In this document: positions 19,389 to 29,094 of the stretch, in pieces
Numbering within the stretch: position 1 is the stretch's first letter
Layout: each line of letters starts with the position of its first letter
From: Chamaesiphon sp.
Lineage (GTDB): Bacteria; Cyanobacteriota; Cyanobacteriia; Cyanobacteriales; Chamaesiphonaceae
Direction: 5' to 3'
NCBI GenBank assembly: GCA_965246715.1
Contig: CBDFFH010000040.1
Location: 1 to 47,519 of the forward strand
DNA: 47,519 nucleotides
Notes under the pieces: model-generated
Database searches by the model: none
What the model saw: the letters and a program-made list of their open reading frames with translations, nothing else
Told to the model about the DNA's origin: nothing
Program-made: the position numbers and the translations under genes

Positions 19389-22300
19389 ATGACTAATATT
19401 CACAAGAGAGATAATGTAACGAAACAGCTAACTGGAGCAGATTTAGATCTGCAAATTGCCTACTGGCAGGAGCAATTAGCTGATGCACCGCCTTTGTTGA
19501 AACTGCCCACAGACCGCCCGAGATCGCGTCACCAAACTTGCCAAATTGCCAAACAATCTGCGGCAATATCCGCGCCCCTGATGGCATCGCTCCAAATGCT
19601 GAGCCAACAGGCGGGATGTAGTTCGGCGATGACTTTATTGGCAGCATTTAAGACGTTACTCTCCCGTTATTCTGGGCAGGAAGATATTTTAGTCGGAATG
19701 CCGATCGTCAAAAACACTGCTTTACCCGATCGACTCTCCACCTGCAACACGCTAGTATTGCGGACTCAAGTTACAAGTAGCCTGAAATATCTCGAACTCT
19801 TAGAGCGGGTGGATCGAACTAGATTGGCAGCAGAGCAGCACCAAGATCTACCCATCGAAACGATCGAAGCGCTCCATCTAGAGCCGTCGCTCGGTCATAT
19901 ACCGCTGACTCAGGTGATGTTTGAGTGGGGCGATTTGCCCAAGGTGACAAACGAGTTCGAGCTGCTGCTGTCGATCGTCGAGACAGGGTTGGGCTGGGAA
20001 ACTGTATGGTCGTATAATCAGGAATTATTCGACGCGAGGACGATCGATCGCCTGTCCAGTCATTTCCAAATCTTGCTGGCGGGAATCGTTGCCAATCCCG
20101 AACGGAAACTCGATCGATTACCCCTGCTGAGTTCTGCCGATCGGCAACTGTTGCTCATCGATTGGAATAACACGAAAACTTCAGATCCTTTAAACGAGTG
20201 CTTCTCGCAATTATTTGAAGTTCAGGTGCTGAAGACCCCCGATGCAATAGCAGCCGTCTACGCAGATTGCCAACTCACCTATCAACAATTAAACGATCGC
20301 GCAAATCGGTGGGCGCATCAACTCGTCGAGCATGGAGTTGCTGCTGAAACCTTGGTGGCGTTATTGAGCGCTCGAAATATCGATTTCCTCACCGCCATGC
20401 TCGCGGTATTCAAAGCAGGTGGGGCATATTTACCATTAAATCCCCAGCATCCAGTCGATCGAATCCATCAAGTTATAGAGCAAAGCCAAGCACAGCTCAT
20501 CCTCTGCGCTAGTACCTACCAAACATTAGCCGGTAACTCCCGCCAACTGCTCGTCCTCGAAGATTTAGATAACCTAGAGTCTAGCAGCGACAATTTACCC
20601 GTGCGCTGCACTCCCGATAACTTAGCTTATGTGATTTTCACCTCCGGCTCGACGGGCAAACCGAAAGGCGCGATGCTCGAACAGGGGGGGATGCTCAATC
20701 ACCTGTTTGCAAAGGTGACAGATTTACAATTAACCGCTACCGATGTAGTAGCTCAAACCGCCAGTCAAACCTTTGATATTAGTATTTGGCAATTTTTGGT
20801 AGCCCTGGTAGTTGGCGGCAGAGTCGAGGTCGTGCCGCAAGAAACGGTCGCAGATCCAGCCCTGTTGGTGGAATTAGTCGAGCGTCAGCAGGTATCGATT
20901 CTCGAAATCGTCCCATCCCTATTGCGGATGATGCTCGCGAATCTCAACTCTCAAAGGTTACAAACCCTAGACTCGTTGCGCTGGCTGATCCTGACTGGTG
21001 AAGCACTACCCCCACAGTTATGCCGTCAATGGTTCGAGATCTGCCCGAATATTCCGATGATGAATGCTTATGGGCCGACGGAGTGTTCGGATGATGTGAC
21101 GCATTATGTTTTAACCGCAGCACCCGCCGCTGATGTCGTCAATTTACCGATCGGTCGTCCGATCGCGAATACTCAACTATATATCTTCAATGCCCTGTTG
21201 CAACCCGTCCCGATCGGCGTGGCTGGCGAACTGTATGTCGGCGGTGTCGGAGTCGGACGCGGTTATCTCAACAATCCTGAGTTGACGCAACTGGCGTTTA
21301 TCGCGCATCCGTTTGCGGAATCGGGACGACTGTACAAAACAGGGGATAAAGCGCGGTATCTGCCTGATGGCAATATTCAATATCTCGATCGGATTGACTA
21401 TCAAGTTAAGGTGCGCGGCTTTCGGATCGAATTGGGTGAGATTGAATCTGTGTTGACACAACATCCCCACGTTCGGGAAGCGGTGGCGATCGTTAGAGAG
21501 GATCGTCCTGGAGATCGGCGGTTGGTTGCTTATGTTGTGTCCGGAACCCACCCCGTCGCTTCGCGTCACCCCTCCTCGGAGGGGATTTACGCATACGGCT
21601 CTCAGGAGGGGATTAAGAGCGAGTTGCGGGACTTTTTGAAACGGAAGTTGCCGGAGTATATGGTGCCTGCGGCAGTGGTGATGCTGGAGGCGATCCCGCT
21701 TACGCCGAATGGTAAGGTCGATCGGAAGGCTCTGCCAGTGCCAGATTTGCAAATCGGTAGCGATTATGTGCCGCCGAGTACACCTACTCAGGTTGCGGTA
21801 GCTGAGATTTGGGCAGAAGTTTTACAGGTGGAACGAGTGGGGATTGACGATAACTTCTTCGATCTTGGGGGTAATTCCTTGTTGGCTACTCAGGTAGTCT
21901 CGCGATCGCGGGCGCAATTCAGTCTGGATCTGCCTTTGCGTCAATTATTTGCATCGCCGACGGTGGCAGAGTTGAGCGAGTGGATCGATACTAGCGATCG
22001 AGTCGAACTACCACAGTCAACCGCCATCGTACCAATCGATCGAACTGAATCTCTACCCCTATCGTTCGCCCAAGCGCGGTTGTGGTTCTTCAGTCAATTA
22101 GAGAGCGAGAGTGCTGCCTACAATATGCCCGAACCGTTGCGGTTAATTGGGGAATTGAATGTGGGTGCGATGGAACGGGCGATCGCCGAAATCATTCGCC
22201 GACATGAGGGATTGCGGACTAGTTTTGAGCTAGTTGATGATGCTCCAGTCCAGAAAATTACAACGGTAAAATTCACACTCTCACCACCGATCGATCTGCA

Positions 22301-25265
22301 AAGTTTGAGCGAATCGGCACAATCTCAGCGATTGAAAGAATTAGCTCTGACTGAGGCGCGGCGACCATTTGAATTGTCGCAGGCTCCCTTATTTCGGGTG
22401 ACATTGATTCGATTAGCCGATCGATCGCATGTCTTGCTCCTGACCATGCATCATATTATTTCTGATGGTTGGTCGATGAATATTTTGGTGCGGGAATTGG
22501 CTGCGTTGTATCAGTCCTACTGTGCGAATCAGCCCTCCACTTTGCCAGAGTTACCGATCCAATATGCCGATTTTGCGAGTTGGCAACGGGAATGGTTGCG
22601 GGACGGGGTGCTCGATCGTCAACTCGCCTACTGGAAGCAACAACTATCCGGCGCACCCAGCCTGTTAGAACTACCGACAGATCGTCCGCGTCCAGCGATT
22701 CAGACTTTTAATGGCAAAACTGCATCGCTCGAAATCGATCGGGAGTTAACCCAGCAGTTGAAATCGATCGGTCAAAAGTCTGGGGCGACTTTGTACATGA
22801 CGCTATTGGCAGCTTTTTCGACATTGCTCTACCGTTATAGCGGTCAAGAGGATCTGGTCATCGGTTCGCCGATCGCCAATCGCAATCATCGCGAAGTTGA
22901 ATCACTAATTGGCTTCTTTGTCAATACCTTGGTGATGCGAACCCAATTCGGGGGAGATCCCACCTTTGTGGAATTACTCGATCGAGTGCGGGATAATACT
23001 CTAGATGCTCAAGAACATCAAGATCTCCCATTCGAGAAACTAGTTGAGGAATTACACCCAGAGCGTTCGCTCAGCTATACGCCGCTATTTCAGGTGATGT
23101 TCGTCTTACAGAATCCGGCGGTAAATTTGGTACTGCCAGATTTGACCATTACCCCATTCGTAGTTGAGGATGTCAATGCCAAATTCGATCTGACGCTCTC
23201 GGTAACAGAAACCGAGGCGGGACTGCGGGCGGAGTTTATCTATAATACCGACTTATTCGATGCCGATCGGATCGATCGGCTGACCGGACATTTCCAAACG
23301 TTACTCTCCGGTATCGTCACTACTCCGCAAGAACGTGTCGCGCAGTTACCCTTGCTGACTGGGGTTGAATTAGAGCAGTTGCTCTACGAGTGGAATGACA
23401 CCGAGACGGAGTATCCCCAGGATAAATGTATTCACGAACTGTTCGTCGCCCAGGTAGAACGCACACCCGATGCGATCGCCGTAGTGTTCGAGACACAACG
23501 ATTAACCTACCGCGAATTGAACGATCGCGCCAACCAGCTCGCCCAGTATCTCCAAACCTTGGGTGTCAAACCAGAGGTAATGGTAGGCATCTGCGTCGAG
23601 CGTTCCGTAGAGATGATTGTCGGATTGCTCGGGATTCTCAAAGCTGGGGGTGCTTATGTGCCCCTAGATCCAGCTTATCCCCAAGATCGGATCGGCTATA
23701 TGCTCGAAGATTCTCAGGTGTCCGTGTTGTTGACACAGCAGCGGTTGAAGGCAGATTTACCCGCACATCCACAGGTGATTTGTCTGGATACCGATTGGTC
23801 TAAAATTGCTAACCAGCCAGCGACGGAGTTAAATAGCGGCGTACAAGCGGATAATCTGGCGTATGTGATTTATACCTCCGGTTCGACAGGCAAACCCAAG
23901 GGCGTGTTAGTCCAGCATCAAGGATTGTGCAATCTGGCACTAGCCCAGATTCAAGTCTTCGATGTCCATGCCGATAGTCGGGTGCTGCAATTTGCGTCCT
24001 TCAGTTTCGATGCTTCGATTTCGGAAGTAGTGATGACGCTGTGTGTCGGTGCGAGTCTACATCTAGCCCAGCGAGATGACTTGATGCCCGGTGGAGGTTT
24101 ACTGAACCTATTGCAGACTCAGGGGATTACCCATGTCACTCTCTCACCATCTGCTTTAGCCGCGATGCCCAAGGTCGAAATCCCCAGCTTGCGGACGATA
24201 ATTGTCGCAGGTGAAGCTTGTCCGCCAGATTTAGCAAATCAATGGTCGAGTGGACGACGGTTTATTAATGGTTATGGCCCGACGGAAGCGACGGTATGTG
24301 CGACGACGGCGATTTGCACCGATAGTAACTCACCCTTGCCGATTGGCAGACCGATCGCCAATACTCAGGTCTATATTCTCGATCGCAATCTCCAACCAGT
24401 GCCGATTGGTATCCCTGGCGAGTTGCATATCGGCGGCGCGGGTTTAGCGCGAGGTTATCTCAATCGTGCCGATTTGACTGCGGCGAAATTTATCTTGAAT
24501 CCGTTCGGGCAAGCATATTCTGGGCTGTTGTACAAGACGGGTGACTTAACGCGCTATCGATCGGATGGGAATATCGATTTTCTCGGTCGGATCGACCAAC
24601 AGGTGAAGATTCGCGGTTTCCGGATCGAGTTGGAGGAGATTGAGGCGTTGCTGAGTCAACATCCGCGTGTGCGGGAGGTGGCGGTAATTGCTAAGGAGGA
24701 TAAATCGGGGAAACAGTTGGTGGCTTATTTGGTGCTAGTTCCAGATCTGACCCACCCCGTCGCTACGCGCCACCCCTCCGAGGAGGGGACTTTGACCTCT
24801 GGTGCTGCTCAGGAGTTGCGGGGGGTTTTGAAGGAAAAATTGCCGGACTTTATGATTCCGGCGGCGTTTGTGATGTTGGATGCTATGCCGCTTACGCCGA
24901 ATGGGAAGATCGATCGTAAGGCTCTGGCAAAAATCGACCCAGACCACTCGGAACTGGAAAATACTTTCGTGGCTCCCACCAATCCAGTTGAGGAGGTTCT
25001 ATCAGGTATTTGGGCAGAAATCTTGGGGTTAGAGCAGGTGGGAATTCACCACAATTTCTTTGAATTGGGTGGACATTCACTGTTGGCGACTCAGGTGATT
25101 TCGCGGATTCAGGATGCGATCGATGTGACGCTGCCATTGCGGACGCTGTTTGAACGCCAAACGATCGCGGAGCTAGCTGTGGGCATCGTTCAGAACATGG
25201 TGGCTGAGACTGACGACGACGAGATGGAGCGACTCTTGGCTGAATTGGAATTAGCCGAAGCTTGA
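19389..25265 (+). CDS. NRPS 1: truncated C - A(Dap/Dab-type) - T - C - A(Tyr/aromatic-type) - T
   Basis: A cores YVIFTSGSTGKPKG and YVIYTSGSTGKPKG; T motifs LGGNSL and LGGHSL; C motif HHIISDGWS. The N-terminal C fragment lacks HHxxxDG. Manually read specificity codes are DIWEITADDK and DASTIAGVCK. Confidence 0.95.
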   Translation: MTNIHKRDNVTKQLTGADLDLQIAYWQEQLADAPPLLKLPTDRPRSRHQTCQIAKQSAAISAPLMASLQMLSQQAGCSSAMTLLAAFKTLLSRYSGQEDILVGMPIVKNTALPDRLSTCNTLVLRTQVTSSLKYLELLERVDRTRLAAEQHQDLPIETIEALHLEPSLGHIPLTQVMFEWGDLPKVTNEFELLLSIVETGLGWETVWSYNQELFDARTIDRLSSHFQILLAGIVANPERKLDRLPLLSSADRQLLLIDWNNTKTSDPLNECFSQLFEVQVLKTPDAIAAVYADCQLTYQQLNDRANRWAHQLVEHGVAAETLVALLSARNIDFLTAMLAVFKAGGAYLPLNPQHPVDRIHQVIEQSQAQLILCASTYQTLAGNSRQLLVLEDLDNLESSSDNLPVRCTPDNLAYVIFTSGSTGKPKGAMLEQGGMLNHLFAKVTDLQLTATDVVAQTASQTFDISIWQFLVALVVGGRVEVVPQETVADPALLVELVERQQVSILEIVPSLLRMMLANLNSQRLQTLDSLRWLILTGEALPPQLCRQWFEICPNIPMMNAYGPTECSDDVTHYVLTAAPAADVVNLPIGRPIANTQLYIFNALLQPVPIGVAGELYVGGVGVGRGYLNNPELTQLAFIAHPFAESGRLYKTGDKARYLPDGNIQYLDRIDYQVKVRGFRIELGEIESVLTQHPHVREAVAIVREDRPGDRRLVAYVVSGTHPVASRHPSSEGIYAYGSQEGIKSELRDFLKRKLPEYMVPAAVVMLEAIPLTPNGKVDRKALPVPDLQIGSDYVPPSTPTQVAVAEIWAEVLQVERVGIDDNFFDLGGNSLLATQVVSRSRAQFSLDLPLRQLFASPTVAELSEWIDTSDRVELPQSTAIVPIDRTESLPLSFAQARLWFFSQLESESAAYNMPEPLRLIGELNVGAMERAIAEIIRRHEGLRTSFELVDDAPVQKITTVKFTLSPPIDLQSLSESAQSQRLKELALTEARRPFELSQAPLFRVTLIRLADRSHVLLLTMHHIISDGWSMNILVRELAALYQSYCANQPSTLPELPIQYADFASWQREWLRDGVLDRQLAYWKQQLSGAPSLLELPTDRPRPAIQTFNGKTASLEIDRELTQQLKSIGQKSGATLYMTLLAAFSTLLYRYSGQEDLVIGSPIANRNHREVESLIGFFVNTLVMRTQFGGDPTFVELLDRVRDNTLDAQEHQDLPFEKLVEELHPERSLSYTPLFQVMFVLQNPAVNLVLPDLTITPFVVEDVNAKFDLTLSVTETEAGLRAEFIYNTDLFDADRIDRLTGHFQTLLSGIVTTPQERVAQLPLLTGVELEQLLYEWNDTETEYPQDKCIHELFVAQVERTPDAIAVVFETQRLTYRELNDRANQLAQYLQTLGVKPEVMVGICVERSVEMIVGLLGILKAGGAYVPLDPAYPQDRIGYMLEDSQVSVLLTQQRLKADLPAHPQVICLDTDWSKIANQPATELNSGVQADNLAYVIYTSGSTGKPKGVLVQHQGLCNLALAQIQVFDVHADSRVLQFASFSFDASISEVVMTLCVGASLHLAQRDDLMPGGGLLNLLQTQGITHVTLSPSALAAMPKVEIPSLRTIIVAGEACPPDLANQWSSGRRFINGYGPTEATVCATTAICTDSNSPLPIGRPIANTQVYILDRNLQPVPIGIPGELHIGGAGLARGYLNRADLTAAKFILNPFGQAYSGLLYKTGDLTRYRSDGNIDFLGRIDQQVKIRGFRIELEEIEALLSQHPRVREVAVIAKEDKSGKQLVAYLVLVPDLTHPVATRHPSEEGTLTSGAAQELRGVLKEKLPDFMIPAAFVMLDAMPLTPNGKIDRKALAKIDPDHSELENTFVAPTNPVEEVLSGIWAEILGLEQVGIHHNFFELGGHSLLATQVISRIQDAIDVTLPLRTLFERQTIAELAVGIVQNMVAETDDDEMERLLAELELAEA
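21546..21614 (+). repeat. In-frame palindromic element in A1 (plus a partial second copy)
   Basis: ACCCACCCCGTCGCTTCGCGTCACCCCTCCTCGGAGGGGATT, encoding THPVASRHPSSEG; CAGGAGGGGATT recurs at ~21603. Confidence 0.9.
24750..24790 (+). repeat. In-frame palindromic element in A2
   Basis: ACCCACCCCGTCGCTACGCGCCACCCCTCCGAGGAGGGGAC, encoding THPVATRHPSEEG. Confidence 0.9.
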
Positions 25266-25284
25266 ATTGGCTAGTAAAAGTTCT

Positions 25285-25326
25285 TTCTCTGCGTCCTTTG
25301 CGCCTTCCTTGCGTCCTTTGCGTTAA
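25285..25326. repeat. Short tandem (CTTTGCG-type) intergenic repeat
   Basis: CTCTGCGTCCTTTGCGCCTTCCTTGCGTCCTTTGCGTT between NRPS 1 and NRPS 2. Confidence 0.6.
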
Positions 25327-25423
25327 ACACACCCTCTCGGGCGTAGCCAAAAAATAGCATAATCCCGCCCCTCCGGTCGTAGTAAATAATGAATCAAAAA
25401 TTGATTTTATTAATAAAAGATTT

Positions 25424-28400
25424 ATGAATACCGTTAATCAACGCATCGCCAATCTTTCGCCGGAAAAGCTGGCATTACTCCAACAAAAGCTAGCCCAAAA
25501 AAATCCGGTCAAAAGCGGCAAAATCTCTCAGCGGGACAGTTCCGCCGATTGTCCCTTATCCTTTACCCAACAACGATTGTGGTTTCTCGATCGATTAGAG
25601 CCGGATAACCCGTTTAATATTTCGATCGCGATTAAGTTGCAAGGTGTCTTAGATATCGCTGCACTCCAACAAACGCTCGATGCGATCGTCGATCGGCATG
25701 AAGTGTTACGGACAACATTCGATGAGGTGGATGAAGCACCAATTCAGGTGGTGGCGGAGTCTAAATCGGTGCAGATCGATCGGATCGATCTGAGTCAAGA
25801 GTCGGATCGTCGCGATCGACAAGCAAAGATCGATCGGTTACTCGAACGCGCTGCCGAGTATAAGTTCGATTTAACGGCGGAGGTGATGCTGCGGGCGACC
25901 TTGATTCAGCTCAGTGCGACGGAATATGACCTGCTGTTGGTCATCCATCATATTGCCGCCGATGGGTGGTCGATGGGGATTCTGTTTCAGGAACTAGCGG
26001 GGTTTTATACTGCCTTTGCAAGTGGCACACCTGCGCCGTTTACCGAATTGCCGATTCAATATGGTGACTTTGCCGCTTGGCAACGCCAATGGTTGACGGG
26101 GGCGGTGTTGGACAAGCAGCTCGATTACTGGAAACAACAGTTAACAGGCGCACCAACCCTGCTGGAATTGCCACTCGATCGGCCGCGTCCGGCGATTAAA
26201 ACCTCTGAAGGTCGAACTATCTATTTCCAAATCGATGCCTCTCTGACGCAGCAACTCAAGGACTTGAGCCAACAGTCGGGTGCGACGCTATTTATGACCC
26301 TATTGGCGGCATTTGCCCTCCTCCTGTCCCGTTATAGCGGTCAAGATGATATCGTCATCGGTTCGCCGATCGCCAATCGGCATCGGAGTGAGGTGGAAGC
26401 TTCGATCGGGTGTTTTATCAATTCCTTGGCACTCCGCACTAAATTGACTGGTAATCCCTCGTTTCGGGAACTGCTCGATCGAGTGCGGGAAACTACTTTA
26501 GGAGCTTACGACCATCAGGATCTCCCCCTAGAGAAAGTCGTCGAAGCACTTCAGCCGGAGCGATCGCTCAGTTACAGTCCGATCTTCCAGGTGATGTTCG
26601 TATTTCAGAATGCCCCGATGGGGAAATTGGCATTACCAGGCTTGACGCTCACGCCGTTAATGCTAGAAGATCTGACGGCGAAGGACGATCTATTTCTGTC
26701 GATGGGTGAAACCGAGACAGGCATCGCGGCGGAGTTAACTTACAACAGCGACTTATTCGATGCAGAGCGGATCGACAGGTTGACCGGACATTTCCAAACT
26801 CTCCTTGCGGCGATCGTTACCCAGCCCGAAACGCCAGTTCAACAGCTTGCCATCCTCACCCCCACCGAGCGGCAACAACTATTGGGCGATTGGAATCAAA
26901 CCAACAGAGAGTATCCGCTCGATCGTACCTTCCCCGAAGTATTTGCCAGTATCGTCGAGCATTATCCAGACTCGATCGCGGCTACTTACCAACAGCAGCA
27001 ATTAACCTATCGGCAGCTCAACGATCGATCGAATCGCTGGGCGAATCACCCGATCCTCCAAGGGATCGAGCCAGAAACCCCGATCGGTGTTTTTAGCGAT
27101 CGCCATCTCGATTTTCTGACCGCGATGCTGGCGATTTTCAAAGCTGGCGGAGCCTATTTACCTCTATCGCCGACTCAACCTGCCGAACGCACTCGTCAGA
27201 TTATCACCCAAAGCGAAGTTGGGCTGATTCTGAGCGATCGATCTTTGCCCAATGATACCCCCGCGCAAATTCTCACCTTCACCGATCTCGACAGTCGTGA
27301 TGCAGATAGCGGGAATCTTGTAACCAGATCGACCCCCGACAGCCTCGCATATATCATCTTCACCTCCGGTTCGACAGGTACGCCCAAAGGCGCAATGCTC
27401 GAACACCGAGGAATGCTCAATCATCTCCTCGCCAAAGTCACCGATTTACAGTTAACCCCAGCGGATGTTGTCGCTCAAACTGCGAGTCAAACTTTCGATA
27501 TTAGTATTTGGCAGTTCCTCGTGCCGCTCCTCGTCGGCGGGAAAGTCGAAATCGTCCCGCCAGAAATTGCCGCAGAGCCGATTCAACTGCTTACGCTTGC
27601 CCGCCAGCAGAGCATCACGATCCTCGAAGTCGTCCCGTCACTACTGCGGATGATGTTGGATTCGATCGGATCGCATCGGATCGATCTATCATCTCTACGC
27701 TGGCTGTTGCTGACGGGTGAAGCTCTACCGCCTCAATTAGTGCGGGAATGGTTGACGCTGTATCCCAACATCCCGCTGATGAATGCCTATGGGCCGACCG
27801 AGTGTTCGGATGATGTCACCCATTATCCCATTCACCAGCCACCCGCACCGGATGTCTTAACTATTCCGATCGGTCGTCCGGTAGCGAATACCCAACTATA
27901 CATCCTCGATCGTGGGATGCAGCCCGTCCCGATCGGTGTCGATGGCGAACTTTACGTCGGCGGAGCCGGAGTCGGACGCGGTTATCTCAATGCGCCGGAT
28001 TTGACGGCGAAAGCTTTTGTTGCCAATCCGTTTGGGGCAGGGCGATTGTATAAAACGGGTGATAAAGTCCGGTATTTACTAGATGGCAAGATTGACTTTC
28101 TGGGACGGCTCGATTATCAGGTGAAGATTCGTGGTTTTCGGATCGAGTTGGGCGAGATCGAAGCGGTGTTGAGCAGTCATCCACAGGTGCGGGAATCGAT
28201 CGTTATTGCTAGTCGTCAAGTTTTGGTTGCTTATGTGGTGGGGGGAACCCACCCCGTCGCTGCGCGCCACCCTTCCCAGGAGGGGATTTACCCATGTCCC
28301 TCTGCTAGTGAATTGCGGGAGTTTTTGAAGGGAAAATTGCCAGATTATATGGTGCCTAATGCGATCGTGATGTTGGAGTCGATGCCGTTGACAGGGAATG

Positions 28401-28735
28401 GCAAAATCGATCGCAAGGCTTTACCTGCGCCAGAATTTCAGCCAGAGTCGGCGGAGTTTATCGCGCCGAGTACGCCGACTCAAGTCGCGGTAGCGGCATT
28501 ATGGGGACAGGTGTTGAAGTTGGAACGGGTGGGAATGCGATCGAATTTCTTCGATTTGGGGGGACATTCGTTGTTGGCGACGCAGATTGTGAGTCGGGTG
28601 CGATCGATGTTTGGGGTGGAGATGCCGTTGCGACGGTTGTTTGAGTCGCCGACGGTGGCGGGGTTGAGTGATTGGATTGATAGTTTACGTGAGGTTGAGG
28701 GGGATGAGATCGATCGGGAGGAGTTTGAGTTTTAG
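25424..28735 (+). CDS. NRPS 2: docking helix - C - A(Dap/Dab-type) - T - docking peptide
   Basis: N-terminal RIANLSPEKLALLQQKL, HHIAADGWS, code DIWELTADDK, LGGHSL, and C-terminal REEFEF. Confidence 0.95.
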   Translation: MNTVNQRIANLSPEKLALLQQKLAQKNPVKSGKISQRDSSADCPLSFTQQRLWFLDRLEPDNPFNISIAIKLQGVLDIAALQQTLDAIVDRHEVLRTTFDEVDEAPIQVVAESKSVQIDRIDLSQESDRRDRQAKIDRLLERAAEYKFDLTAEVMLRATLIQLSATEYDLLLVIHHIAADGWSMGILFQELAGFYTAFASGTPAPFTELPIQYGDFAAWQRQWLTGAVLDKQLDYWKQQLTGAPTLLELPLDRPRPAIKTSEGRTIYFQIDASLTQQLKDLSQQSGATLFMTLLAAFALLLSRYSGQDDIVIGSPIANRHRSEVEASIGCFINSLALRTKLTGNPSFRELLDRVRETTLGAYDHQDLPLEKVVEALQPERSLSYSPIFQVMFVFQNAPMGKLALPGLTLTPLMLEDLTAKDDLFLSMGETETGIAAELTYNSDLFDAERIDRLTGHFQTLLAAIVTQPETPVQQLAILTPTERQQLLGDWNQTNREYPLDRTFPEVFASIVEHYPDSIAATYQQQQLTYRQLNDRSNRWANHPILQGIEPETPIGVFSDRHLDFLTAMLAIFKAGGAYLPLSPTQPAERTRQIITQSEVGLILSDRSLPNDTPAQILTFTDLDSRDADSGNLVTRSTPDSLAYIIFTSGSTGTPKGAMLEHRGMLNHLLAKVTDLQLTPADVVAQTASQTFDISIWQFLVPLLVGGKVEIVPPEIAAEPIQLLTLARQQSITILEVVPSLLRMMLDSIGSHRIDLSSLRWLLLTGEALPPQLVREWLTLYPNIPLMNAYGPTECSDDVTHYPIHQPPAPDVLTIPIGRPVANTQLYILDRGMQPVPIGVDGELYVGGAGVGRGYLNAPDLTAKAFVANPFGAGRLYKTGDKVRYLLDGKIDFLGRLDYQVKIRGFRIELGEIEAVLSSHPQVRESIVIASRQVLVAYVVGGTHPVAARHPSQEGIYPCPSASELREFLKGKLPDYMVPNAIVMLESMPLTGNGKIDRKALPAPEFQPESAEFIAPSTPTQVAVAALWGQVLKLERVGMRSNFFDLGGHSLLATQIVSRVRSMFGVEMPLRRLFESPTVAGLSDWIDSLREVEGDEIDREEFEF
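28247..28288 (+). repeat. In-frame palindromic element in A3
   Basis: ACCCACCCCGTCGCTGCGCGCCACCCTTCCCAGGAGGGGATT, encoding THPVAARHPSQEG. Confidence 0.9.
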
Positions 28736-28738
28736 TTA

Positions 28739-29014
28739 GAGGGTGTCTAAGAAGTCTAATTGCTACGTTCTAGTGGGTAAATCCCCCTAAATCCCCCTTA
28801 AAAAGGGGGACTAAGATCCGGATCTGAGCAAGCTTTTTAAGGGGGTTTGGGGGATTCAGATCTAAAAACGAAGCATAAGATATCTCCTAGATGGTGGGCA
28901 GTGCCCACCATCTAGGAGATAAACATTCTCTATCTAATAAATATCTGCACCCAGCTACTTGTAAATTAGACTAAATTACTCTCGAATTTACGCTGTGGGC
29001 AATGCCCACCCTAC
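28739..29014. repeat. Cluster of intergenic repeats between NRPS 2 and NRPS 3
   Basis: An IS5-like end GAGGGTGTCTAAGAAG; a CCCCCTAAATCCCCCTTAAAAAGGGGGA-type hairpin; a perfect palindrome with 20 bp arms at 28881-28921; and REP-like GTGGGCAATGCCCACCCTAC at ~28995 (variant at ~34615). Confidence 0.75.
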
Positions 29015-29094
29015 AAAAGTTTTATATTTAATTGCACTCGATCGCTGGGCAAACAAGTATTAAAAATAATAATAATTAACCGCTTTTATAAAAC

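Noticed and set aside
25325..28757. IS5-like ends flanking NRPS 2 as a composite transposon
   Set aside because: The two motifs (ACACCCTCT at ~25329 and GAGGGTGTC at ~28739) face outward rather than enclosing the gene, and the left one is very short.
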